A stretch of 64,000 bases of DNA. It comes from Rubrivivax sp. (lineage in GTDB: Bacteria > Pseudomonadota > Gammaproteobacteria > Burkholderiales > Burkholderiaceae_C). The DNA lies in assembly GCA_027487905.1 (NCBI GenBank), contig JAIYCR010000088.1, forward strand, positions 7,054 to 71,053, read 5' to 3'. The notes beneath the pieces are model-generated. The model was not told the DNA's origin and did not search any database. It worked only from the letters and a program-made list of their open reading frames with translations. This document shows, one piece after another, positions 1 through 7,460 of the stretch. The translations under genes and the position numbers were made by a program. Within the stretch, counting starts at the first letter, position 1. Each line of letters starts with the position of its first letter.

Positions 1-1
1 G

Positions 2-82
2 CAGGCCACCGTGCAGGACGGCGTGCTGACCTTGAGCGGGGAGCGCGGCCTGGCCACGGTGGAGCCGCAGCGCTGGAAGTGA
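2..82 (+). CDS. 3' end of an unidentified CDS entering the window (...QATVQDGVLTLSGERGLATVEPQRWK*)
   Basis: The frame is open from the window edge to TGA at 80-82. All 26 codons end in G/C, like the confirmed genes here. Too short to assign a family. Confidence 0.4.
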   Translation, partial: QATVQDGVLTLSGERGLATVEPQRWK

Positions 83-99
83 CGACGCCCGACGCCGCG

Positions 100-312
100 G
101 GGCACGCCGGCCTAGCACATCCGCTGCAAAACCGGTAAACTAACCATGCTTTCCCCATCGGGCCACTGTCCGACAGCGTGACCGGACCCCGCCGACCCTT
201 CAGGCGGTGCTTCGTTTGATCGTTTCCCGCGGTGATCTCCTTGCGTGTGTTTGCACGGTGTGGGCTGGGTCCACGCCGATTTCGTCCTTTTCATTTTTTT
301 CAGGAGATCTCC
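100..312 (+). promoter_or_regulatory. Promoter and long 5' leader of the cold-shock gene
   Basis: About 230 nt of non-coding, locally AT-richer sequence ends in AGGAG 7 nt before the ATG at 313. CspA-family mRNAs classically have long structured leaders. Exact boundaries cannot be set by eye. Confidence 0.35.
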
Positions 313-525
313 ATGACCGTTCAAACCGGCACCGTCAAGTGGTTCAACGACAGCAAGGGCTTCGGCTTCATCACCCCCGATGACGGCAGCAAGGACCTTT
401 TCGCCCACTTCCGCGAAATCCGCGGCCAGGGCTTCCGTTCGCTGGAAGAGAACCAGCGCGTCCAGTTCGAAGTGAAGCAGGGCGACAAGGGCCCGATGGC
501 TGCCGACATCCGTCCGGTTGCCTGA
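313..525 (+). CDS. cspA: CspA-family cold-shock protein (70 aa)
   Basis: [33 protein letters not shown] contains the RNP1 (KGFGFI) and RNP2 (LFAHF) motifs. An AGGAG RBS precedes it. The internal Met at aa 28 of ORF 232..525 is the plausible start. Confidence 0.95.
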   Translation: MTVQTGTVKWFNDSKGFGFITPDDGSKDLFAHFREIRGQGFRSLEENQRVQFEVKQGDKGPMAADIRPVA

Positions 526-547
526 ACTTCACGGATCCAGGAGTCGC

Positions 548-826
548 ATGCCCAAGGAAGAACTGATCGAAATGCGCGGTGTGGTGAATGAAGTCCTCCC
601 GGACTCCCGCTACCGCGTGAAGCTCGAAAACGGCCATGAACTCGTCGCCTACTCGGGCGGCAAGATGCGCAAGAACCACATCCGCATCCTGGCCGGGGAC
701 AACGTTTCTCTGGAACTGTCCCCCTACGACCTCACCAAGGGTCGGATCACCTTCCGCTTCCTGGATCGCAGTGGCGGCCCGGGCCCCGGTGGCCCGCGCG
801 GCCCGAACCGCCCCGGAGCGCGCTGA
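548..826 (+). CDS. infA: Translation initiation factor IF-1 paralogue with a Gly/Pro/Arg-rich C-terminal tail (92 aa)
   Basis: [71 protein letters not shown] is a full IF-1 S1-fold. It is followed by about 20 extra residues ([21 protein letters not shown]). The start is 23 nt after the cspA stop. Confidence 0.9.
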   Translation: MPKEELIEMRGVVNEVLPDSRYRVKLENGHELVAYSGGKMRKNHIRILAGDNVSLELSPYDLTKGRITFRFLDRSGGPGPGGPRGPNRPGAR

Positions 827-854
827 GCGGCCTGCCGCCAGCACCTTCCCCCCC

Positions 855-879
855 AAAAGCCGGCCATGCCGGCTTTTTT
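855..879 (+). terminator. Rho-independent terminator, copy 1 (aaaaGCCGGCcatGCCGGCtttttt)
   Basis: A GC stem flanked by an A-run and a T-run lies 29 nt after the infA stop. Confidence 0.55.
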
Positions 880-891
880 CATTGCCGAACT

Positions 892-912
892 GCCGGCCAT
901 GCCGGCTTTTTT
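892..912 (+). terminator. Rho-independent terminator, copy 2 (GCCGGCcatGCCGGCtttttt)
   Basis: The 25-nt block gccggccatgccggcttttttcatt (859-883) is repeated exactly at 892-916. Confidence 0.5.
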
Positions 913-959
913 CATTTCTGAACGTCTGGCCACGCCGGCGTCCTCCGTTCCAGCACGCC

Positions 960-1919
960 ATGCGCCACGACTTCGTCACCCTGGATGTGTTCACCGACCG
1001 CCGCTTCGGCGGCAACCCGCTGGCCGTCGTCTTCGACCCGCAGGCAACGCTGGACACCACGGCCATGCAGGCCATCGCACGCGAGTTCAACCTGTCGGAA
1101 ACCACCTTCGTGCGGCCGCCACGGAACCCGCAGCACGACGCCGAGGTGCGCATCTTCACACCCGCCTCCGAGATGCCCTGGGCAGGCCACCCCAACGTGG
1201 GCACCGCCTGGGCGCTGGCCTGCGCACCGCATCGCCTGGCGCGTGCGCCGCACGCTGCGGCCGGCGGGGGCCAGGGCCAGGGCCTGACGCTGCACTTCGA
1301 CGAAGGCGCGGGGCCGGTGGAGGCCCGCATCGCGCTGGATGCGGACGGCCGTCCGACCCGGGTCGACATCCGCGCACCCCTGCCCCTTCAGACCCGCGCC
1401 GCGCCCTCGGCCGCGGCGCTGGCCCGCTGCGTGGGCCTGGAGGTGCAAGACCTGCAGACCACCGGGCCGCAGGCTGCACACGGCCCGGTGGTGGCCACCG
1501 TCGGCTTCCCCTTTCCCTTCGTCGAGCTGCAAAGCCGTGCCGCGCTGGCGGCGGCCCGTCCGCAGGCGGCGGCGATGGACGAACACCTGGTCGACTTCGA
1601 TCTGGACGGCGTGGTGCTGTGGTGCCGCGAGACGATCGAAGCCGACCGCTTCGGCTCGGCCGGGCCGGTGAGCACCGACCTCAGCGCCCGCATGTTCGCG
1701 CCCATGATCGGCGTGCCCGAGGACCCGGCCACCGGCAGCGCCATGGCGGCCCTGGCCGCGTGGATCGCCCGCACCGAGGGGAAGGCCGCAGCGACGCTGA
1801 GCATCGCCCAGGGCGTGGACATGGGGCGACCCAGCCGCATCCACACCCAGGTCGGGCCGGACGGCGTGTGGGTGGGCGGTGCCTGCGTGCCGGTGATGTC
1901 CGGGCAGGTCGAGTCCTGA
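960..1919 (+). CDS. PhzF-family (phenazine-biosynthesis-like) isomerase/epimerase
   Basis: MRHDFVTLDVFTDRRFGGNPLAVVFD...IAREFNLSETTFV...EVRIFTPASEMPWAGHPNVGTAW is a typical PhzF/DAP-epimerase-like N-terminus. Internal Met at aa 109 of ORF 636..1919. Confidence 0.85.
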   Translation: MRHDFVTLDVFTDRRFGGNPLAVVFDPQATLDTTAMQAIAREFNLSETTFVRPPRNPQHDAEVRIFTPASEMPWAGHPNVGTAWALACAPHRLARAPHAAAGGGQGQGLTLHFDEGAGPVEARIALDADGRPTRVDIRAPLPLQTRAAPSAAALARCVGLEVQDLQTTGPQAAHGPVVATVGFPFPFVELQSRAALAAARPQAAAMDEHLVDFDLDGVVLWCRETIEADRFGSAGPVSTDLSARMFAPMIGVPEDPATGSAMAALAAWIARTEGKAAATLSIAQGVDMGRPSRIHTQVGPDGVWVGGACVPVMSGQVES

Positions 1920-1945
1920 CGGCAAAAGGCCCTCGACCGGGTTCC

Positions 1946-2287
1946 TCAACCCTCGGCTGCCGTCCCCAGCGCCACCCACACCCGACCGTCCTGCAGCCGA
2001 ACCGGATGAACCTGCAGCGCCCGGGTGGCCGGTGCGCAGGTGGCCGCGCCGCTGACGAGGTCGAAGCGGCCCTGGTGGAGGGGGCATTCGACCTGCCCGT
2101 CCTCCAGGAAGCCTTCGCACAACCGGGCCAGGCCATGGGTGCACATCGGGTCGGTGGCGTGCACCGCATCGCCGTCCCGGAACACGGCCACCACCTGGCC
2201 GGCCACGCTGAACTCGAGCCCGGCGCCGTCGAAGAGATCGTCCAGCGCGGCGACGTCGTGCCAGGGGCCGGGTGCTTGCTCGCTCAT
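1946..2287 (-). CDS. Rieske [2Fe-2S] ferredoxin component of a ring-hydroxylating oxygenase
   Basis: 113 aa with the Rieske ligand motifs CTHGLARL and CPLHQGRF. It lies directly downstream of the alpha and beta genes. Confidence 0.85.
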   Translation of the reverse strand: MSEQAPGPWHDVAALDDLFDGAGLEFSVAGQVVAVFRDGDAVHATDPMCTHGLARLCEGFLEDGQVECPLHQGRFDLVSGAATCAPATRALQVHPVRLQDGRVWVALGTAAEG

Positions 2288-2328
2288 GTCGGTATCGGCC
2301 TTGGAAGGGGTGGCTCAGGGGGGAGCGA

Positions 2329-2871
2329 TCAGAGGGGATAGATCAGCGAATTGGGAATCCACTCGCTGTCGTAGACGCACACCCGCTCGGCGAACCTCAG
2401 GCCCTGCGGCGTGGGCACGATGCGGTCCAGGTAGCGGCCGACGTTGAACACCGTGGTCTCGCCGTCCAGCTTGGTGCGGAACACCGCATAGGACGACTCG
2501 CAGCGCCAGCCGCCACCCGGCTCGACGCCGGTGAGCAAGGGCGCACCCACCACATGCCGCTGCCGGTAGGGGTCGTGGAACAGCGTCTCGCGGATGGCGA
2601 AGGCGCGGTCCAGCAGCATGCCCCGGCTCTCGAAGGCCAGCGTGGCCAGCGGGAAGCCGCGGTCGTGGTTCTCGCGGGGCACGACGCGGTAGACGCAGTC
2701 GTCGGTGAAGAGGCTGCACCAGGTGTCCCAGTCGGCCTGGTCCACCGCCTGGGTGTAGGCCGCCTGCAGCTGCAGCAGCGCGTGGTAGTGCGCGAAGTCG
2801 ATGGCCAGCACCGGCGCTGGTTCCAGTTCCGCCATCGTTTCCGGCGCTTCGCCGGGCAGCACGGTGCTCAT
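2329..2871 (-). CDS. Aromatic ring-hydroxylating oxygenase, beta (small) subunit
   Basis: 180 aa, NTF2-like small-subunit sequence (DWDTWCSLFTDDCVYRV...FHDPYRQRHVV). Its ATG overlaps the alpha-subunit stop (tcat at 2868-2871). Confidence 0.85.
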   Translation of the reverse strand: MSTVLPGEAPETMAELEPAPVLAIDFAHYHALLQLQAAYTQAVDQADWDTWCSLFTDDCVYRVVPRENHDRGFPLATLAFESRGMLLDRAFAIRETLFHDPYRQRHVVGAPLLTGVEPGGGWRCESSYAVFRTKLDGETTVFNVGRYLDRIVPTPQGLRFAERVCVYDSEWIPNSLIYPL

Positions 2872-4130
2872 GGCCGGTCCTCCATCACCTCGCGCCAGTA
2901 GCGGTACATGCCGCGGATCAGCGTCTCGGTGACCATGTGGTCGGTATCGGCCACGCCGTGGCCCCCCAGCTCGGCCACCGCGCGATGCCCGGGCTTGCTG
3001 GCAAAGCCCTTCTGCGACAGCTCGATCACCTCGCCATCGTCGGCCGAGACGAAGCCGGCCGGGCCGAAGAGGTTGGCCTGGCGCAGCCGCCGCCGCGTCA
3101 TGGCCTCGTCGTCGTCGGCGAAGCCGAAGTGGGTCCACTCGAAGAAGAAGGCGCCGTGGCCGTCGGGCTGGATGTGGCGGGTGGACACACTGTTGACCTG
3201 CTGCTGCAGGATGACGCTGGGAAACAGCGTGGTCATCACCGCGCTCGGGCCACCCCACCAGGGCTCGGGCACGATGTCCAGGAAGCGGTCGTCGTGCAGC
3301 TGCATGTCCGCCTTGAAGCTGGACACCTGGGCCACCTGCGACTGCACGCCGGCATTGCCGCGGGTGGACACCATGGCCGCATGGCGGTGGTGGCGGTCCA
3401 TGTGCAGCGCGCTCTTGTTGTCTGCCCTCCACAGCCCGAAGGTGACGAACCAGGTGTGCAGCAGGCCCGGGTGGTAGGGGTCCTTGATGTTCTCCTGCAT
3501 CAGCTTCCAGTTGCCCGGAATGCGCTGCCGGTTGTAGCCGAGGATCTTCAGCTTGCGGCCGTTGAACAGGCGGTCGAAGTAGCCCAGGATGGTCGGGCCG
3601 ACGAAGTCCTCGAAGGGCTCGACGTCCGGGTCGAAGCTGGCGAACACCACGCCGCCGCGGCGGGCCACCCGCAGCGCGGTCAGTCCGTGGTCGGCGGGCT
3701 TGAAGTCCGCCGGCATGCCGCCCTTGACCTGGCCGCCATCGCGCACGCCCCGGCGCAGCGGCACGCCCTGCAGCTCGCCCTGCAGGCTGTAGTTCCATTG
3801 GTGATAGGGGCAGGTGAAGCTCTCGCGGCGGCCATGGCGCTCACGGCAGAACTGCATGCCGCGGTGGGCACAGACGTTCTCCAGCACGCGCAGTTCGCCG
3901 TTCGCGTCGCGCACCAGCACCACGCTGCGCTCGCCGACCACGGTGCGCTTGAAGTCGCCGGGCTCGGGCACCTCGGCCTCCAGGCCCACGTAGCACCAGT
4001 GGCCGCGGTAGAAGAAGCGCTCGAGCTCGCGGCGGTGCAAGGCCGGGTCGGTGTAGACGTCGAAGGGAATGCGGTGCGTGCCCGCGGTTTCCCAGGCGGG
4101 CAGCGTCAGCGGCGGGGTGTCGAGGGCCAT
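2868..4130 (-). CDS. Rieske non-haem-iron oxygenase, alpha (large) subunit, salicylate-5-hydroxylase/anthranilate-dioxygenase-like
   Basis: 420 aa. The Rieske motif is CAHRGMQF...CPYHQWNY. The catalytic domain has NWKLMQENIKDPYHPGLLH. Subfamily and substrate are inferred only from resemblance. Confidence 0.9.
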   Translation of the reverse strand: MALDTPPLTLPAWETAGTHRIPFDVYTDPALHRRELERFFYRGHWCYVGLEAEVPEPGDFKRTVVGERSVVLVRDANGELRVLENVCAHRGMQFCRERHGRRESFTCPYHQWNYSLQGELQGVPLRRGVRDGGQVKGGMPADFKPADHGLTALRVARRGGVVFASFDPDVEPFEDFVGPTILGYFDRLFNGRKLKILGYNRQRIPGNWKLMQENIKDPYHPGLLHTWFVTFGLWRADNKSALHMDRHHRHAAMVSTRGNAGVQSQVAQVSSFKADMQLHDDRFLDIVPEPWWGGPSAVMTTLFPSVILQQQVNSVSTRHIQPDGHGAFFFEWTHFGFADDDEAMTRRRLRQANLFGPAGFVSADDGEVIELSQKGFASKPGHRAVAELGGHGVADTDHMVTETLIRGMYRYWREVMEDRP

Positions 4131-4273
4131 GGTGGGTGCGCCGGGAGGTCGGATCGGGAGTACGCCCGCCCGGAACCGCGGGCGGGCCGGGGGGCACTGC
4201 AGGATGCAGCAGCGCCGCCCTGATGGTGCCGCCGGCGGCCACGCCGGCCAAGGTCCGTGCTTGAATGCGTCAC

Positions 4274-4288
4274 ATCACCGTGGTGAAT
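4274..4288 (-). promoter_or_regulatory. Candidate NahR/NagR-type LysR box (ATTCACcacggTGAT; TTCA-N6-TGAT, T-N11-A)
   Basis: Read on the minus strand, in the direction of the oxygenase operon. It lies in the 163-bp divergent intergenic region, about 145 nt upstream of the alpha-subunit ATG and 6 nt from the LysR ATG. Confidence 0.4.
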
Positions 4289-4293
4289 GAAGC

Positions 4294-5313
4294 ATGCTGC
4301 CCCGCGAACTCGACCTGAACCTGCTGCGCGTCTTCGACGTGCTCATGCGCACCCGCCGGGTGGCCAGCGCCGCCGACGAGCTCGGCCTGACCCAGCCCGC
4401 GCTGAGCAATGCACTGGCGCGCCTGCGCCGCTCGCTGGACGACCCCCTGTTCGTGCGTTCGCCATCGGGCATGCAGCCCACGCCGCTGGCCGAGCACCTG
4501 GCCGCTGCGGTGCGCGAGGCCCTGGGCGGGCTGGCCCGCGCGCTGCAGCGGCCCGCCGCCTTCGACCCGCTGCGAAGCGAACGGCGCTTCCACCTGTCGA
4601 TGAGCGACATCGGCGAGATCTACTTCCTGCCCACGCTGATGCAGGCGCTGCGCGGCGCGGCGCCGGGCGTTACGCTGGCCACGGTCCGGCCCGGCGTGCT
4701 CTCGGTGCCCGAGGGGCTGGAGAACGGCAGCCTGGACCTGGCCATCGGCCACCTGCCGGCGGTGCGCCGCGGCAGCGGCTTTCACCAGCGGCGGCTCTTC
4801 GACCAGCGCTATGTGTGCCTGCTGCGGCGCCGCCACCCCCTGCTCAGGACGACGGGCCGCCGCGCCGCCACGGCCAGCACCCTCAGCCTGGAGGCCTTCT
4901 GCGCAGCCGAGCACCTGGTGGTGAAGGCGGCAGGCACGGCGCACGGGCAGGTGGACGAGGCCATGCGCCGGCAGGGCATAGCGCGCCGCGTGGCCCTGAC
5001 CGTGCCGCACTTCGTGGCCACTGGCCACCTGCTGGCTGCGACCGATCTGGTGGCCACCGTGCCGGAGCGGCTTGCCGAGCGCATGACCGCGCCCTTCGGC
5101 CTGGTGGCCCTGCCCCACCCGGCAAGGCTGCCGCGCAGCCCCATCTCGATGATGTGGCCCACCCGGGTGCACCGGGACCCGGCCAGCCTGTGGCTGCGCG
5201 CCACGGTGCTGGCCCTGTTCGGGCAGGAAGCAGGCCCGGGCACGGGACCGGAGGGCGGCGCGCCTGGCGTTCCGAGGTCGGAGGTCTCCGGGCTGGACGA
5301 TTCGGGCCGCTGA
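4294..5313 (+). CDS. LysR-family transcriptional regulator
   Basis: MLPRELDLNLLRVFDVLMRTRRVASAADELGLTQPALSNALARLR is a canonical LysR wHTH N-terminus. It is divergent from the oxygenase operon. Confidence 0.9.
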   Translation: MLPRELDLNLLRVFDVLMRTRRVASAADELGLTQPALSNALARLRRSLDDPLFVRSPSGMQPTPLAEHLAAAVREALGGLARALQRPAAFDPLRSERRFHLSMSDIGEIYFLPTLMQALRGAAPGVTLATVRPGVLSVPEGLENGSLDLAIGHLPAVRRGSGFHQRRLFDQRYVCLLRRRHPLLRTTGRRAATASTLSLEAFCAAEHLVVKAAGTAHGQVDEAMRRQGIARRVALTVPHFVATGHLLAATDLVATVPERLAERMTAPFGLVALPHPARLPRSPISMMWPTRVHRDPASLWLRATVLALFGQEAGPGTGPEGGAPGVPRSEVSGLDDSGR

Positions 5314-5397
5314 AGGGGCAGCACCCGGCCGCAGCCGTCGGGCCTGCATGACCCCGCCGCACCCCCAGGTCCGGCCGATCCAGGCGGTTGCCCCGCT

Positions 5398-6540
5398 TCA
5401 GGCCGCTGGCGGCGTCGCCCCCTGCAAGCCGGCGATGAATCGCCGGTCGATCGCATCCTTCCAGCGCATCGCCCAGCGGCCGCTGGCCGCCAGCGGGCCC
5501 CAGGAGGCGATGGCGCGGCCGTCACCGCAGGCCAGCAGGTTCAGCGTGCGCACCGGCGGCTGCCAGGCCCGCAGGGGCTTGCCCTGCAGGGCACGCATCA
5601 GGTTGTCGGCCAGTGCGGGGCCTGCGCGCACCGCCTGCACACCGCTGCGCGGGCGCACGGCATCCGCGCGGCTGGCCACGTCGCCCGCGGCGAAGACCTC
5701 GGGGTGGGACAGGCTCTGCAGCATCGGGCCGGTGGCGATGAAGCCGCGACCATCGAGCTGCAGCCCGCTCTCGGGCAGCCACCGCGGGGCCTCCCCGCCG
5801 GTGCAGACGATGGCCACCTGGCAGGGCAGGTCGATGCGTCCGTCGTCCTCGCCCTGGAGGTGCACATGGTCGGGGCCGATCTCCGCGCAGGGCAGACGCA
5901 TCACCGTCACGCCGGCTCGGCGCAGCGCCCGTGCGACCAGGCTTCGGGCCAGCAGCGGGTGGCTGTCCAGCGGGGCCGTGCCACCGGTGACCAGCACCAC
6001 CCGCCCGCGCGGCCGCAGCCGGGCGGCCGCGGCCAGCGCCAGCTCCACGCCGGCAGCGCCGGCACCGACCACCACCACCGTCAGCGCCAGCCCCGGCCCC
6101 GATCCCGTCCCCCGGCCGGCCGCGGCCATGCAGTCCGTCCAGCGTTGCGCGAAGGTCTCGATGGGGCGCACGCGCAGCGCATGCTCGGCCGCACCCCTGA
6201 GGCCGCGGCCTTCGAGCACCGAGCCGGTGTCCAGGCTCAGCAGGTCGTAGGACAGACGGGCACCGCCGCCCAGCAGCACCTGCCGCGAAGCGGCATCCAG
6301 CGCGACGACCCGGTCGTGGTGCCAGTGCGCCGATGCGGCCGCGGCCAGGGGCTCGACGGCGAAGGCGCAGTCCTCCAGCCGGTAGCGGCCGGCCATCCAG
6401 CCGGGCACCATGCCCGAGTACATCTGACGCTGGTAGGGGGAGACGAGCAGCAGCTCCACCCCGGGCACCGGCGCACGGGCCCACTGGCGAAGCACGTGGA
6501 CATGGGCATGGCCGGCACCCAGCAGCAGCAGGCGCTTCAT
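5398..6540 (-). CDS. FAD/NAD(P)-dependent pyridine-nucleotide-disulfide-family oxidoreductase (NDH-2-like; resembles the N-terminal domain of SelD fusions)
   Basis: MKRLLLLGAGHAHVHVL is a dinucleotide-binding fold. A second fold is VVVVGAGAAGVELA, and there is an AAGDVA motif. Its ATG overlaps the DUF3047 stop (tcat at 6537-6540). Confidence 0.8.
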   Translation of the reverse strand: MKRLLLLGAGHAHVHVLRQWARAPVPGVELLLVSPYQRQMYSGMVPGWMAGRYRLEDCAFAVEPLAAAASAHWHHDRVVALDAASRQVLLGGGARLSYDLLSLDTGSVLEGRGLRGAAEHALRVRPIETFAQRWTDCMAAAGRGTGSGPGLALTVVVVGAGAAGVELALAAAARLRPRGRVVLVTGGTAPLDSHPLLARSLVARALRRAGVTVMRLPCAEIGPDHVHLQGEDDGRIDLPCQVAIVCTGGEAPRWLPESGLQLDGRGFIATGPMLQSLSHPEVFAAGDVASRADAVRPRSGVQAVRAGPALADNLMRALQGKPLRAWQPPVRTLNLLACGDGRAIASWGPLAASGRWAMRWKDAIDRRFIAGLQGATPPAA

Positions 6541-7460
6541 GGTCTGGCCGGTGCTTCACCGAGCAGCCGCAGGCCCGCCAGCAGCGCGCGGCTCGAACCC
6601 CGGGTGTTGTCCGCATCGGCACCCACGGCAATGGCCAGCACCGGCGGCACCGTCGATGATTCGTCGCCGAAACTCAGGCGGAAGTCATCGGCCAGCCGGC
6701 GCGATTCGGCCTTCCAGGCGGAGAGATCGTCCCCCGCGCCGCGCAGCACCACGTAGCGCACCCGGCGGGAGTAGGCGTTGTCCAATCGGGCGGCGGTGGC
6801 CTGGCGGACATCGGCCACGTAGCACAGCGTAGCCGCCGGCAGGGCCTCGCCCGTGCGTTGCCGCGCGATCTGCAGCAGCAGCCGCTCGCCCAGCGGAACC
6901 CGCTGAAGCGGCAGGTCGAACAGCACGCAGACCTTGAGGTCGGTGTCGTCCCCGCTGCGGGTGGCCAGGTCGATGGCCGGGTTGGCGCGTTCGATGCGCC
7001 ACCACCAGGCCAGCGTCGAGCGGGATACCTGCGCCCGCAGGGCCTCGCCATCGAAGGCGTGCAGCAGGTTGCCGTAGCTGCCATCGGCTTCGATGCGCAG
7101 CGCCCTGCCTTCGGGGCCGGGCGCTGGCGATGCCGCAGCAGCCGGGGCCGCCAGGAATCGGGTGGCCGGCAGGGTCTGCGAGGGCAGCAGGGCCGATCGC
7201 CAGCCGGGCGCGGGCACGCTGCCGTCGGCGGCGACGGGGGGCGCCAACAGCGAGGGCACGGCCGCGGCAGGCTCGGCGGCCTGCGCCGCCGGGACCGCCA
7301 TCCACAACGCCAACGGCGTCATCAGCGTCATCGCCAACGGCGTCATCAGCGTCATCGCCACCGACATCCCCAGCGAAGGCGCCGCCGCAGCCGCCGACCG
7401 CAGCGCGATCCACGCCCTTCCCACGCAGCAGCGCCCGCTGCCCCCAAGCCCGCCGCTCAT
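6537..7460 (-). CDS. DUF3047-like secreted protein
   Basis: STLAWWWRIERANPAIDLATRSGDDTDLKVCVLFD matches my recollection of the DUF3047 core. It has a signal-like N-terminus ending AQA-AEP. The ATG at 7458-7460 overlaps the upstream stop. An alternative start is at 7367 (MSVAMTL...). Confidence 0.7.
   Translation of the reverse strand: MSGGLGGSGRCCVGRAWIALRSAAAAAPSLGMSVAMTLMTPLAMTLMTPLALWMAVPAAQAAEPAAAVPSLLAPPVAADGSVPAPGWRSALLPSQTLPATRFLAAPAAAASPAPGPEGRALRIEADGSYGNLLHAFDGEALRAQVSRSTLAWWWRIERANPAIDLATRSGDDTDLKVCVLFDLPLQRVPLGERLLLQIARQRTGEALPAATLCYVADVRQATAARLDNAYSRRVRYVVLRGAGDDLSAWKAESRRLADDFRLSFGDESSTVPPVLAIAVGADADNTRGSSRALLAGLRLLGEAPARP
7311..7358. repeat. Perfect 2 x 24-bp tandem duplication (caacggcgtcatcagcgtcatcgc)
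   Basis: Units 7311-7334 and 7335-7358 are identical. The repeat is in frame and duplicates AMTLMTPL in the signal-peptide region of the DUF3047 protein. Confidence 0.95.

Noticed and set aside
7311-7358. Tandem repeat considered as a CRISPR or minisatellite array
   Set aside because: There are only two directly abutting copies with no spacers, and they lie in frame inside a CDS.
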